Source: Paramecium tetraurelia
Lineage: Eukaryota
NCBI GenBank assembly: GCA_000165425.1
Contig: CT868649.1
Location: forward strand, 496,001 to 560,000
DNA: 64,000 bases
Reading direction: 5' to 3'
The position numbers were made by a program, and so were the translations under genes. Shown here piece by piece: positions 1 to 16,373 of the stretch. Each line of letters opens with the position of its first letter. Position 1 is the stretch's first letter. Under the pieces are notes generated by a model. That model ran no database searches. It worked only from the letters and a program-made list of their open reading frames with translations, and was not told the DNA's origin.

Positions 1-2440
<2,440 letters not shown>

Positions 2441-2485
2441 TAATTTATAATAAAATTAAAACAAATTTTCACTTAATCACATAAA

Positions 2486-3770
2486 TCATTTCAGTATTGT
2501 TACCAATTATTAAACAAGCATTCGATCATACTATCCCCCAGCCTAATGATTCATTTGAATCCACTTATGAACAGCCATCTATTCCAGTCTCAATCTTTGA
2601 GAGGGATCCTTCCTCAAACAGCATTTTGAAAAATCTTATAATTCATTAGAAACATATTTAGGAAAATCAACTCTACCTTCTATGATCTTTCTCATGGTAT
2701 CTTCTTTAGATGATTAATAAAAAGGTGTGGTTCCTGTAGTCAACTCATACGCTAGGATGCCTATGGACCACAAGTCAACTGAGTGGTCATAGTCTTACCC
2801 AGAAGCTATCTCTGGAGACATATAATCAATTGTGCCGCAAAAGGATTACCTAGGTTTAGATTCTGGTGAATATGTGGCTAATCCAAAATCAGCTATTTTT
2901 AGAAATTACTAATTTAATTCATCTATATTACTAGACTAATTAATATGTTTTCTGGTTTAATATCTCTATGAATCACTTTCATTTTATGCATATATGAAAT
3001 TCCTTCCACAATCTATGCAATATAATTTCCAGCTTTATTTTCACTGAATCTACGATTTGGTTGTTTCTTAAGCAACTTATATAACTCACCATCTGGTGCA
3101 TATTCTAAAATTAAAACGATCTAATTTGTATAATCCTCAATTAAATACCTTAGTTTATTCTTAGAATACACCAAATAGTTTAAGTATATTTGGATGATTG
3201 AGATAACTCTAAATTTTTATTTCATGAGCCAATTGAGCCTCCATTTTATATTTGCTGATGACACTTTTTTGAATTACTTTTAAAGCCACTAACACTTTTG
3301 ATGATTTCTCTCTAATATAAATTAATATTTTACTATGCTTAAAATACATCACTAAATTTGCCTTTGCCCAAAAATTTGCCTATATGGAATCTATCTGATA
3401 TATTTTGATATTTTGGACTTAACATTTCAGCTGCCTTCAATTGCATTCTTATAAGAGAATTATGAGCTATTGATGAAATGGGAGATGGACAGTCTGCAGT
3501 TTCAGGGGTTCTAATAGGAGATTTAGACGCACACTGTCTGATTGCAGGTTTGTCTCTCTTTTCAATAGATCTGCTGTTATGTTGAATGATCAAAGGAACA
3601 TTGGTTTTTGGAAGGATTGGGTCAGGATTGCTAATTTTATTGTTTTCTTCGGATTGAATGATAAGCTAGGTCAATGCTGACTATAATCTCAATTTGATAT
3701 TCTTGATTTATTAATCTATCTTGGTGGTTGTTTGGACCACTTTTGACCACTCGTTGTCTTCGGATTGCAT
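2486..3770 (-). CDS. Aurora-family Ser/Thr kinase
   Basis: [55 protein letters not shown] at 3770, TGA at 2486-2488. Confidence 0.9.
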
Positions 3771-3802
3771 AATTGAATAATAATTTATTGAATATAATAT
3801 AT

Positions 3803-5493
3803 ATGGGCAGTGGGACATCAAACAATCAGTTAAACAATTATAGGTATCTATGATTTAGACTGGTAAGGATGCTATCTCTACTTTAAGAGCCTGAAAGATT
3901 GAAAACAGATCCCAGTGATTTTAATCTCAGATGGGATGATACAACTTTGTTTTCGCATAAAAATAAACTCAAACATTAGACTAATCTTCTTGAAATAGTC
4001 AGAAATGTACCTTCTAAAATAGTTCTAAATCAAAATCCATAAAATTTGTAAGCCTTTAATGCGAAGTCTCCAGGGATCAAGAAGCCCTTCCTTGAGTATG
4101 CAACTACAAATCTGATTGATGTAATTCGGAAATCAAAGAAAATAGAGGTAAAATTGAGTATATTGTATGAGAAAGTAGAAATATCAATGGAAAAATATTT
4201 GAGCATTAAGGAATCCTAAATGCTGAGCTCTCAGAGGCAGAAACAGCCCAGGAAATCCTTATAAGTCTAACACACTCTAGAAGTGGTCCAAACTTCGCAC
4301 TTAGAGAAGAGTGTAAATGAAGAAGGCATGGCATAAATTAACTAATATACTGTCTTGGAATCTTTGGGACAAGGGGCCTTTGGAAAAGTGAAAAAAGCAT
4401 AAAATTTTAAAGGCGAAATCTTAGTAGATATATTATCTCAATTTCTTAGGCAATTAAAATAGCAAATAAAAAAAAGTTAAAAAAGAAACTGCTCTCAAAA
4501 TCAAATGCTTATACGATGTTAGAAAGAGAAATAGCTATCATGAAAAAGGTATCTAGACTGTTAATTAGATATCCCACGAAAATGTTGTTCAATTATTTGA
4601 GGTCATTGATGACCCAAACAAAGATAAACTCTATTTGGTAATGGAATATATGGGCAAAGGAAGTATCTTAAGCAAAGGGTTCTTTAAAAAATAGAAAACC
4701 ACCTCCAACATACTGGATGAAATTGAGGACAAAAATCCCTTGTCTAAATTGACAGAAGAGCAATGTCGCCATTACTTTTCTGATTTTATTAAAGGGTTGT
4801 ATTACTGTAAATAGTTTTCAATATTCAGTGCATGAATGTGTCAATGTGATTCATAGAGATATCAAACCAGAAAACCTATTGGTCAACATAAATGATCAGC
4901 TTAAGATTGCAGATTTTGGAGTTTCTCATATTATGGAGGATGGAGGAGATGGTCGTATATCCAATTAGACAGGTACTCAAGCATACTTAGCTCCAGAGGT
5001 ATTTAAAGGTAGGAATCGAGTCTATTATTTAGGATAGAATTTTGATGGAAAGCCAGTTGATATCTGGGCAGGAGGAGTAACTCTGTATTAGATGGTCTAT
5101 GGAAAACTCCCATTTACAAGTCAAAAATCAATGGAGTTGAGATAACAAATATTGGAGGACAAGTTAGTTATTATTTTTTTATATAGTCCTCCTTTCTCTT
5201 AACCCTAAGGATTTTCAAATTCAATTATTAAATTATTGTAAGGGTTATTATAGAAGTCGCCTGAAAAAAGGTTGAAAATTGATTAGATTATTATGGATGA
5301 TTGGGTAACTGATTTCGGCAAGTAGCCAATAATTAATTAATATATTGAATATGTTGATGTCACAGAAATGGATATTAGATTTGCTTTGACGAGTCTTAAT
5401 ATTTAAATGGCTTTGAAAATAGTTGTAAAATTGCTTTATTAAGCCAAAAAAGCTAGAAGGAAAATTGCAGAAAGAAAAAAGATGCAAAAATGA
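3803..5493 (+). CDS. CaMKK-like Ser/Thr kinase with N-terminal MGSG (possible myristoylation)
   Basis: [73 protein letters not shown]; several short introns. Confidence 0.88.
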
Positions 5494-5588
5494 TCATAAA
5501 ATAATCTTTTTATTAGAACATCAATTTTATTTTTAGTATTTATGATTCAATACATAATCCAGAAACTTTAGAAATTATTTTTATAATA

Positions 5589-6234
5589 ATGACATTCAGG
5601 TATTCTTCAGAACTAACACTGAACATTTACGAAAAACCTCCTCAAAATCCAGAATGGCTTCAAAAGTAAGAGAATATAGATTTAATCTTGAATAAGATTA
5701 AATAACATAATTTGCTTAAGAGAATTCATTATACTAATAATGAGCAGCTACAAGTATTTGAAATATTTAATTTAAGGAAAATGACCCTTTATTACTCAGA
5801 AGTCATAGACTTAACAAAAAATTGGAGGAGTTCGATCACTTTCATGAAGAATAGTTAGAAACTTATAGAAAGATTTTACAATCTGATAGGGAGCAAATAA
5901 CAAATGCAACTTCTCAAAGAAGAAGGATGGGTTCATTTGTTAAACATGTGAGAAGCATTAGCACGACAGTTTTGAAGCCGTACTTAATTTATTTTTAACA
6001 GTAGACTTATTTAAGTCAATAACATTGTAAGTGTGTAAGGGAATGAGAAAAGGTAGGAGAACCAGGTTACAATGAGATAAAAAATTAAATCAATACAAGA
6101 AAATAGAAAAACAATTGAGAATTGTTCTAAAAGACTTTAATAATTATTTAAAGAGGATTCGTCAAACTAAGCTTCGAGAGTCTAGAGTCATTTGGAGTAA
6201 AGATCAAGAAAGAAAAAAATTTCAATTGACATGA
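5589..6234 (+). CDS. Hypothetical protein
   Basis: MTFRYSSELTLNIYEKPPQNPEWLQ start and ...IWSKDQERKKFQLT* end read in code 6; internal splicing not fully resolved; no motif recognised. Confidence 0.6.
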
Positions 6235-6311
6235 TTCGAAACCTTTATTGAATTGTAAAATATAATATATGTTTATGTATCTTTTAAAGAATGTTTTAAA
6301 ACCACAAAATT

Positions 6312-7009
6312 ATGAAAAATTCAAAGCATAAATTACTTTACTTTTTAAAAATGTATACTTCTACTTCTATTACTAATAAGAACTAATCCTTCAAGAGAGT
6401 TAAAGAAAGACTGGTTTGTGAAGCAATTGAAAAAGTCGAGAGATGGAGATTAATGTTTACTGAGGGATTATAAACTAACAACGGAGAAATAATCAAAGTC
6501 ACCTTGAATTAAGCTGCCGAAATAGTTGGAATTCCCAAAAAAACCCTTGAGGACTACACTTAACTATTCAAAAAGGTGAAATTACTCACGGCAGACATAA
6601 AGCAGTTTTCTAACGAAAAGATGGGATTTCTGAGAAGTTACTTGAGAAAGAATCAAAACAAACTTAAAAAGAAGCTTAAAGACTTGAGAATAAAGGAACT
6701 TGAAGACTAAAGGAAGACCTAAGAACTCATTTAAGAGTAGAATTTATTACTAAAATAAAAATTACACGAAGACACTGAAACCACAGATATTTGTGGATCT
6801 CATTAAGAATCATCAAATCAAATGATATGTGATGATTAAAATTATATTGACACAGAAATATAATGTCTACAGGTATTCGATTTTTAATATATAAATAGGA
6901 GGAAGATTTAAACTTTTAAGATTTTGAAAGCCACTAGTATTATTTCAACAGAGTGGGCAATTTCCAATAGGAAGAAGATATTGACAACTATTTCCAATCG
7001 ACCTAATGA
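6312..7009 (+). CDS. Hypothetical protein with putative helix-turn-helix segment
   Basis: KERLVCEAIEKVERWR...TLNQAAEIVGIPKKTLEDY; start could instead be the ATG at 6351. Confidence 0.7.
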
Positions 7010-7132
7010 CAAAAAATGAAATATTTTTTAGCACATATTAAACATTATTATTTAATGAAGTCATCATACGAAAATTCTGTAGTTCTTTATTTATTTGAGT
7101 ATAAATTATTCTATAATAAATTAATCATTAAT

Positions 7133-8904
7133 ATGACTTTTAGATACGAAGTATTTGGGAAATACAATGAGACCACATTAAAAGAATTGAATGGCACTAA
7201 AATATTCTTTTTCCTTTAGAATTAGGTCAATGTCAAATCTTAATAATTAATTAACATAATATTAGATGGCAATCAAAAATCTCTAATAACTAGTTTAACA
7301 AAAGAAATTTATTCAAAATTTTGTCAACAATGTGATTTTTCAATAAATGAAGAGATCAATCCATCTAATGTCTAATTAGCATAATAATTTTCTCAATATC
7401 TATCAAGAATAACAATAGAATTGTAGGAATTATATTTTTTGTAAATCTCAATCAATGACACAGATACTTAATAATTCTAATTTGAAGCAACTTCGGTTAT
7501 TGATATATAAAAGGAGATGTTCTATTAAGTATTGGAATAGATTTATGGACATGAGATTGGAAACTTTAGAAATCCAGAAGTAAGCATTTCAATAGCATTT
7601 GTTGAATATTTTAGACAGGTATTGATTAAAAAGTTTAGAGGATATAAAATGAACTATAAAAAGAAGAAATAATTGTTTTTATTATAAAATGGAGATATGT
7701 ATTTTTTGATGTAATTTTAGAATAGTATCTTAATTCAATAATTAAATGACAATCCCACTATCAACAAGTAGAGTGATACACTTTTAAAAACCGCGCTTCT
7801 GTTATTAATAAAGTTTATTATCAGAATAATCTTTAATATAAATTGTTAGTGAGGGTTTTTTGGATGAGAATTTCGATTAGAATGGATAAGCAATTGTTTT
7901 ATCTAAGGGTAATTTGGTTTATTAAGGAAATATGTAAGCTGGTTTATTAAATGGCGAAGGAACAATAAAGAATCTATAAAATTAAATAATTTATTAGGGA
8001 AATTTTGTTCATAACAAAAAGCATGGCTTTGGAAATATCTTGTACAATAACAGGTATTATTGTGGATAATTCAATGATGACATGATGAATGGATAATTCT
8101 AGATATGCAATGAAAAAAATGGATGTACTTACTATTTTTATCGCAACCAATAAGTTAATAAATAGGATTTCGAATAACAGAATTGCTACTAAATAAAATC
8201 TCAAGAGGGAGTTTAGACTATTTCAAAAGTTCTATCAAATACATAGGTTTCATAAAGTATTTGTTCATATAAAGACTTTGACATCACAATATAGGCTTAT
8301 GATGCCTTAAACATTGGACATTGGTTGTTTGAAACTTCATTAGATTATTTTTTGGATTGCTTCAAGCATTTTTTTACTTATTCTGAATAGGCTACGAATG
8401 GGTAAACTGTAATTTTTAATACAAGTGAAACCTCAAATTATATCAATTGCGATTATGAATAGAAGTTCTATTATCATGAAAAGTAAATAATGATAAAAAA
8501 ATAATAGACTGTATTAGGAATTGAATAAGGATATTAGGGATAAGAAAAGGAAAGTGTTTGTAATGAATTCTTAAAGATCACATTTCTTAGTAATGATAGA
8601 GGACAACAAATAACTATATGCTTGTGATTCTTTGTATCATGTGAATAAGAATCTTGAAAATGCTTTTTATAATTTACTAAAATTGGAAAATAGAAGTTGC
8701 AGAGTATTGAAGTGTAGTTAATAGAGAAATGGCTATGATTGTGGCATATTTGCATTGTTTTATGCTATTTAATTTATGAAATATGATAATTTGAATATGA
8801 ATGAGATGGAGAAGAAATTGTGTTTAGAAGATCCTGCTTAAATTAGATGGCAATTGAAACAATTTGTAAAATATAATCATGATTATATATTAACAAACTT
8901 TTGA
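7133..8904 (+). CDS. MORN-repeat protein fused to a C-terminal Ulp1/SENP (C48) cysteine protease
   Basis: YQGNMQAGLLNGEG, YQGNFVHNKKHGFG, YCGQFNDDMMNG repeats; then HWL, SHFLV, YACDSL, QQRNGYDCGIF; 25-nt intron at 8483-8507. Confidence 0.8.
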
Positions 8905-8919
8905 ATTTTAAAATAAATA

Positions 8920-10742
8920 ATGAGCAAGCTATTCTTTCAAGATTTCCTATCCTCTAGAACCAGATCTATGTAAGATAGGAAGAAGATGGTTAAAACACAA
9001 CAAGAAATAGAGAGAATAAGTGAGAGAAAAATAAGTGAAACATTAAAATCTAACGAACATATTGTTGATGAACTTAGACTGTACAAGATGAAATTGGAGA
9101 AACAGGTTCAAGATTATTAATAAAAAGTATTGCATTTATGAAGAATAGAATTTAGAATTGGTTGAGAAGGTATCCTATTTAGAAGTGCAGAATACAACAT
9201 TATTATATGAATTGGAAACATCCAAATTGAAATTAGAAACTATTGCTAATGCATAATAGTCATCATAAACATAATAAATTAACATATTGAAAGAATAAGT
9301 AGATTCATTAATTAAATATAAAACTGAGAATGAATCCTATAAGGCATAAGTGGTAACATTAAAGAATGAGAATTAAAACTATTAGCAGGAGATTAAAGAA
9401 TTAATTGAAACGAATGCCTAAATCAAATCTTAATATTCGAGTATAATGAAAGAAAATAAGAGATGCTAATAATAGTTGGATAATAGTTAAAATGAATTCT
9501 ACAAATTATCAGAAAAGGTATTATCTATTATTTTCTAGATTCTAGTTCAATCAATTTGAATCTATGTACCATAGTAAAATTAAGTATTATGAGGAACTCC
9601 AAAAATAGTTTGAGTTAGAATAACAAAGGGCAAACTTTTAATATTAAGAGTTGGTAAGAGAGCTGCATCTATTGGAAAATGAAAATTAATAATTATATAA
9701 ATAGTTATAGATTAGTCAATTTGAAAAAGATGAGAAAGATAAAAAAACAAAGGATGAATAGAATTAATTAAAATTGGAATTACACAAAATTTAAGATGAA
9801 AATAAAATATTAGAGAAATCACACAGGACTTTAAAAATAGAAAAAAAAGTTATTTATGACAATTAGAATCAAAATAAATAGAAAATCAATAAGTTGGAGT
9901 AAGACTTAAATTAGAAGGATCAAATAATAAAATAAATGGAATAAGAGTTACAAGAAAAGGTTTTGATAATTCATTAACTTGAAAACATTGCTTATGGATT
10001 AAAGTAGAGTGCTTAGGAAGGGAAAGAAAATACTAATTAAACATTATTATAATATAAGGATTTAATGAAGGAATGTGACTAGCTGGAACAACAAATAGCA
10101 AGATTAGAATAGGATAATGATATTGTAAAAAAGGAATATGAATAGGTGTTGTATGAATTAAAGGATACCCAACAAGAAAATAGGTAATTATAAGAAAGAA
10201 ATGCTTTACTTATCAAGGATAACTAATAAATATAGATTGAGAACACTGGTTTATAAATGGAGATTCAGAACTTAAATTAAAGAGTTGCAGAATTATAATC
10301 ATATGCAGTTGAATTTTAAAGGGAACTTAAAGATCATATAGAATAATAAAGTAAAATAAATTAATAAAGATCTTTTTAAAACTCTCAATATCTGTAGAAT
10401 TCTGCGACTTTAAGTAATCAAAGAAATAGTTATAATTCAATACAAAGAGGCACAGATGACTCTCAAGCCATGGGCAATCAATCACCCTTATCGAATTAGA
10501 CCAATACAGTGAACCAATTAAAAAAGTTAGTTAAATAATAATGTGTAGAAGGAAACCCAAATCTTGGTCAATAATCTATTGAGAATACAAAAAGACACCA
10601 AGCAAGAACTGATCATTTTTCCAATTCAAGTAAACTATAAACTGATAGGTAATTTGATGATCATTCGAAAGAAAATTGCTTATAAATTTTATAGGACAAA
10701 TACTATGCTTTAAGGAACAGAATTTACGAATAAAAAAAATGA
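8920..10742 (+). CDS. Coiled-coil protein
   Basis: Long E/K/Q/L-rich frame in code 6; ATG 15 nt after the previous stop. Confidence 0.75.
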
Positions 10743-10791
10743 AAAATATAACTTATTAATTTTATATAGTAAACAAATAATATATAAAAAA

Positions 10792-11850
10792 TCAACAATT
10801 CTTATGCTTAACCCTTAATGGGTTCAAATCTTATTCTTGATGCTTTGATTTAATGAGTTTGGGCTTGATGAATGTTTAATGATTTGTGATGATATTCAGA
10901 GGCATTCTTGCGTTTTGTGTAACTCTAGTGACAGGAGGCATAGATTTGCAAGTAGAAAGTGTAACAGGTGACAAGGCTCTTGATACACTTTTTGTATTGC
11001 TTAAGGAATTGTTTTGTAAAAGATTATTGAGTTGACCATAAGTATCAATTAACAATTGATTTTAATCTTCCTCAAGTAAACCTTATAATTAATGTGGACT
11101 AGTGAACATAACCAAAAAATTACTACAGAGGATGCAAATGGCATTGTTTTCTCATATATAAAATAATAGCCATAGCTAAAATCTTAGTATTAATTTGCAT
11201 CAATTAAGGTATTTTGTTTACTTGATAGACTATTTTGGAATGGTCTTTTAGCATTTTACAACATATAAAATTAATCATATTGTAATCCATGATTCCATCA
11301 TGAGAGTCTGTAGAAAAGAAAACTCCTAAGGATAAGAGACTTTAAACTTAATCATATAAAGTGTTAACTTTGAGTTTCCTATGAGAATATGTATATTAAA
11401 TTACCAATTTAATGTTTTTAAAACTAAACACTCTGCCTGTTTGTATTCATTTTTATTTAAGTTTAAATCACTTGCTTTAGATAGTTTGCTCATCCCTGGA
11501 ATGTGTGCATCGTCTTCAATCATTTTAGAACTGGCCATCAAACACATTAAGGAAATCAATTTGGGATTTTGACTTTGGAGTAAGTGTTAGCATCTATCCA
11601 AATAGTGAATGGCTAAATGAACAGTTTGATCAGTTAGTTATAGGCTCTATTTAGTTTAAAAGAGGAAATCAATTAATTCTTCTCTTCGTTCATAGTTTAT
11701 GCTAATATTGCTTAGATCATCGAAAAGATTTTTTGCTTCCTGATGACTCTTAAAGGAAATATGTTTATAAGCAATAGATCCATCTTTATAAGTAGCCATT
11801 CCACACAATTTGCATATGTTTTTATTTGGTTTATGTTGGCAGTTTAGCAT
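10792..11850 (-). CDS. Cyclin-like protein
   Basis: RREELIDFLF..LQLTDQTVHLAIHYLDRC, CLMASSKMIE, AECLVLKTLNW cyclin-box motifs. Confidence 0.85.
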
Positions 11851-12649
11851 TCGTTAAAAATTAAATATATATATATGAATCATTAAGAATGTTTGATTTT
11901 TCTTAAGGTCTTTTTTCTTCTTCAAGATTTTCAAAAATTCAAATATGAATCAGATGGGTGCTGTCCAGTTCTTATGAGATCATCAGAATCCAGAAATCTT
12001 TGAATTATAGTTGAGGATAATAAGCAATTGGATTTAGGATCTTTCTTTACAAATATTTGAAATAATCTTTATGTTTAAAATAGAAAATCAGTTTATTTTT
12101 TTGTGATCTTTTGTAATCTATAATTTGCAATGATTTCTTCCTATTATTTTTACTTATTAATTTAAAGATGTTATTATTTGTTTATTATGAATTTTGAAAT
12201 AAACTACATAGAAACCGAATTTCATTTTTTTAAGTTTTTGGTTGGTTCTTTTATTTAGAAACCTACATTTATGAATAAAATTGAGGAATAATAGCACCTA
12301 ATCATTCAGAAAGTAACATGTGATAAAAACCTTATAGTGATATGCATTACATTAAATTACTCTTATTTTCATTCATACCTAAATAAGTTGGCGAATAATT
12401 AGAGAGCAGAATCTATGTATAAATTAATGGATATGTATTTCTCTTCCATTCTGTAGTAAGCGTTAAATTCAATTTACTAGACAATTAATTATTATTGCAT
12501 ATCCTTGTAGTTTCAAATTGGCCTTTGCTTTTGAATTATGGCAATTAATCTGAGATCTGGTCTTTAAAAGGCTTTAAAAATGATCAAAGTTGTCTAGGAA
12601 CTTGTGTTTGTAAATTAAATGCTTCAATTCTTAATTAATTATCCATTAA

Positions 12650-13910
12650 ATGAATTAATAGGCAGAAAAACTACGTCTTTATGCCCAAGAAAATGTGGTG
12701 TTTCTACTCTAGAAATTGATGGAGGATATTCTGGCCTAATAGCCGAAAAATGTGGTAAATTCAAATCAAAAATATTAGATTGATTGGTCTATAGCATGGT
12801 TGGATAAATAAGGAAGGGATATTGTTAAATCAAGATAGAAAAAAAATGCGCTTTCATCCTCCTCTGATGAAGAAGTAATAGAATTGCCTAAAAGACCTGC
12901 TGCTGCTAGGAAATAAAGAGCCTCTATTTCAGCTGAAGCCTATGGATAATACAATAGAAAGGAGGTGTATATTTAATATTAAAATAACAGTCATTTTAAC
13001 CTAGAGTGATTGTCAAGACTCAACAATAGAAGGAGAAAATAGGGAAAAGACTAGAGCAATCATTCATGTTTGCATCACTTGACTAAAGAGAAAAAGACAT
13101 CGTAATTGATGCAATGGAAGAACGTAGTTATAAGTAAAATTTGATATGCAATATTAGTGCAGAGGATTGGGTCATCCAATAAGGTGACAACGGTGATAAT
13201 TTATATGTTGTCGATTAAGGGGAGCTTAATTGTTATAAGAGATTTACAAAAGATGGGGAAAACAAATTTTTAAAAGTTTATTATCCCGGAGAATCATTTG
13301 GAGAGTTGGCCTTATTGTATAATGCACCCAGAGCTGCTTCAATTCAGTGTAAAACAAATTCGATCTTATTTGCGTTGGACAGATAAACATTTAATCATAT
13401 TGTTAAGGATGCAGCAATGAGGTATGCATTACTTATTATATTCTAGAAAGAGGGAAAAATATGTAAATGTCCTTAAGCAAATCGAATTGCTTTCAATGAT
13501 GGATCCTTATGAAAGGTCTCATGTTGCAGATGCAATTAGAAGTGCCAATTTCTAAAACGGAGATTATGTCATTAGGGAAGGAGAATAAGGAGATATATTT
13601 TATATGATAGAGGACGGAGATTTGATTGCCACTAAAACACTGGTTCAGGGATAAGAGCCAGTTAAAGTCTTTCAATATAAAACAGGTGATTATTTTGGAG
13701 AATTAGCCTTACTCAAGGACATTCCAAGATAAGCCAATATTGTTGCATAAGTAAATTCATTATTCATACTTTATATAGACAGAAGTCAAATTGATATACT
13801 TGGACAGACATAGTTTCAAAAGAATGTTAGGACCTCTAGAAGATATATTAAAAAGAAACACTGAGAAATATCAAAAATATGAGTAATATTGGATCAACTA
13901 AGGTTAATGA
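12650..13910 (+). CDS. cAMP-dependent protein kinase regulatory subunit
   Basis: [10 protein letters not shown] inhibitor region; two cNMP-binding domains [15 protein letters not shown] and [15 protein letters not shown]. Confidence 0.93.
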
Positions 13911-14212
13911 AAAATAGATATATTATTTAAATTTTTCTCTTTTCTTTGTTCTTTTCAATTTTAAACATTTTTGTACTTCTTCAATATCACTACTCTCTTC
14001 TATGAAAAAGTTAAAATTTTTGATTTCTATTTATTAAAACATTCTTGCTTAAGTTTGAAATTGTAAAACAAAGCAATATGTAATTTTTTATAATTTAATC
14101 CTTCAATTACTCAAGTATACATTTTTGAGGAAAATGAAATTTCAAATTTTACGACTTTTCAGAATGAAAGTCTAATAAAAATAAAGATATGAATTTTATT
14201 ACTAATAATCAT

Positions 14213-15526
14213 TCATTCACACATCATCAAAAATTATTTAGATTGCCAAATAAATTATCTTTCTGCAGGAGGAGTCATTCTCAATAGGATATGAGTCTAT
14301 TAATTCAATTGAATAATATTACTCTTCTTGCTTACTGTAAAATTGTTTTGCCTTCAATACTATGAGTAATTGCTTCGTTATAATCTAAAATTCCCTTGTT
14401 CCAAGGATCTGCTTTGTGATACAATAGTAACTATGCTATGTCATTGTTATTATGTAAAAGTGCAAGAAATAAGGGAGTTCGACCTATCATATCCTATGCA
14501 TCTGGGTCTGCACCACTTTTAAGAAGAATTAATGCTGCAGCTCTACAATTTCTTACGCAACACCAATGAAGTGCTGTCATAAAAGAAGGATCATATTCAT
14601 AGACGAGATATTTCTCTAATTCTAAGAGTTACTAAATTTAATCACCCTTATTCATTTTACATAAACAAAAGAACCTTTCACTCCTTGGGCTTTGATAAGG
14701 CACTTTTGGAAATACATCCCCTTTAGAAAATTCTTCTAGAGTTAATTTTAATTTATGTATATGTGTCAGCAATTAGACCATTTCCAATCTAATTCGTTTA
14801 TATTTTGTTTATTTCCTCTATTGCAATTGATTGACCCATGGCTTTACAGAGTTTATTAGTTTCTTTACAGTTCTACTACCGAACATTCGAATCTCTAATT
14901 AATAGAATATATACATTGAAATCTTCGATTGTTTTCTCTAGAGAGCCTTCGATATGATAGAGTTACTCTTATTTTTCATATTATCTCACTGATTTTATAT
15001 AAGCTACACTTTTGCTTTATTATTCTGGATTAATTACTTAAGGCAAAACAATTAAATCATGTATTATTTATTATTATTCGAATGTTTATTATTATAATTT
15101 CAAGTTCTTTTTAATTTTTTGAACATTTGCTCTTTAATTAGACGTGTTATTTCGTAAAGTGATATTCTCAAATACTTACTTTGGATTAGCATAATATTAC
15201 TTTTTAAATATTTAGTTTTCTTGAATGTCTATAAATCTTGAAGGCTTATTATTGTTACGAATAGGTTTTTTGTCCTCAGCTATAATGGATCTGTTTTTAT
15301 TTTTTATTTTATATGATAAATTTTTGTCACCACTATGAGTAGGGATTACAATATCTCTCATTAAGATACTTAATTTCACTTTAGCATTAGAAATATTTAG
15401 AGAATTGAAATATCCCAATTAGCTTAATTTTCTATTTTTTGGTTTCTATTGGGGTTGAATAGTCAAAGGTTCTTTTTTTTTAATAAGCTCGATAAGTGTA
15501 CTCTATTCTGTTTTGACCCTTCTCAT
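14213..15526 (-). CDS. Ankyrin-repeat protein
   Basis: MTALHWCCVRN..LLKSGADPDAQDMIGRTPLFLALLHNN..LLLYHKADPW. Confidence 0.85.
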
Positions 15527-16373
15527 ATATTTATAAATTATTTTATTTATCACTTGTAATATATAGTTATTAATTAACAAGACTTATTCGTTAACATAAA
15601 TCACAAAAGACAATAGAAGATCTCTTTATGAAGAATGAAGCGCTGAACTTTAAATTTGCCTATTTTTTTATCTATTTGTCTTTACTGAAATTCTGAAAGT
15701 GATAATTAAAATTTAATTAATGTTTCAAAATATTTTGCATACTTAGGCTACTATAATAGATGATAATGTTCTATTAAATAAAGGTAGTTTTTTTAATTTT
15801 CATAGATTTTATCACGTTCATCTTTTTCATCTGATTAAAAAGATGAAATAGGTTTAAAATAATTTGGAGGAGATTGAATAAGCTTGATGATTTATAAATA
15901 CCAATAGCAAACTCATAGTTAGAAAAATTTATTTAAAACATAAAGAGTTTGTTATTTATAAATAATTATAAAACTCATTTTTTATAAAAAGTAATTTTTT
16001 TTGATTTCTAGTTATCAGGATGTGGATAAGTGAATTCATCTATAGCTCTTGTAAAAATGATGTCAGAAGATTATGATTTATATAATCATATCAATTTTGA
16101 AAACAAAGATTTTTTGATCAATGATTTATTTATACGAGAAACAATAAATTTACAAAAAGCGAGATATAAGTAATATTTATTAATTCATAGAAAAAAATAC
16201 AATATACATCAAAGTTTTCATCTCAATACTACTACTTTTTTTAGTTATGAAAAATGGATGTGAAGGGGTAAATTTAATTTGAGAATTTTTATTTTCATTT
16301 ATATATATCCCTTTTTAATATTTTTCTATCTCAGCACGATAATTTAAATAAATATCTCAATTTTCTCAACCAA

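Noticed and set aside
12625..12797. Minus-strand ORF starting at 12797
   Set aside because: Short and antisense to the PKA regulatory subunit N-terminus.
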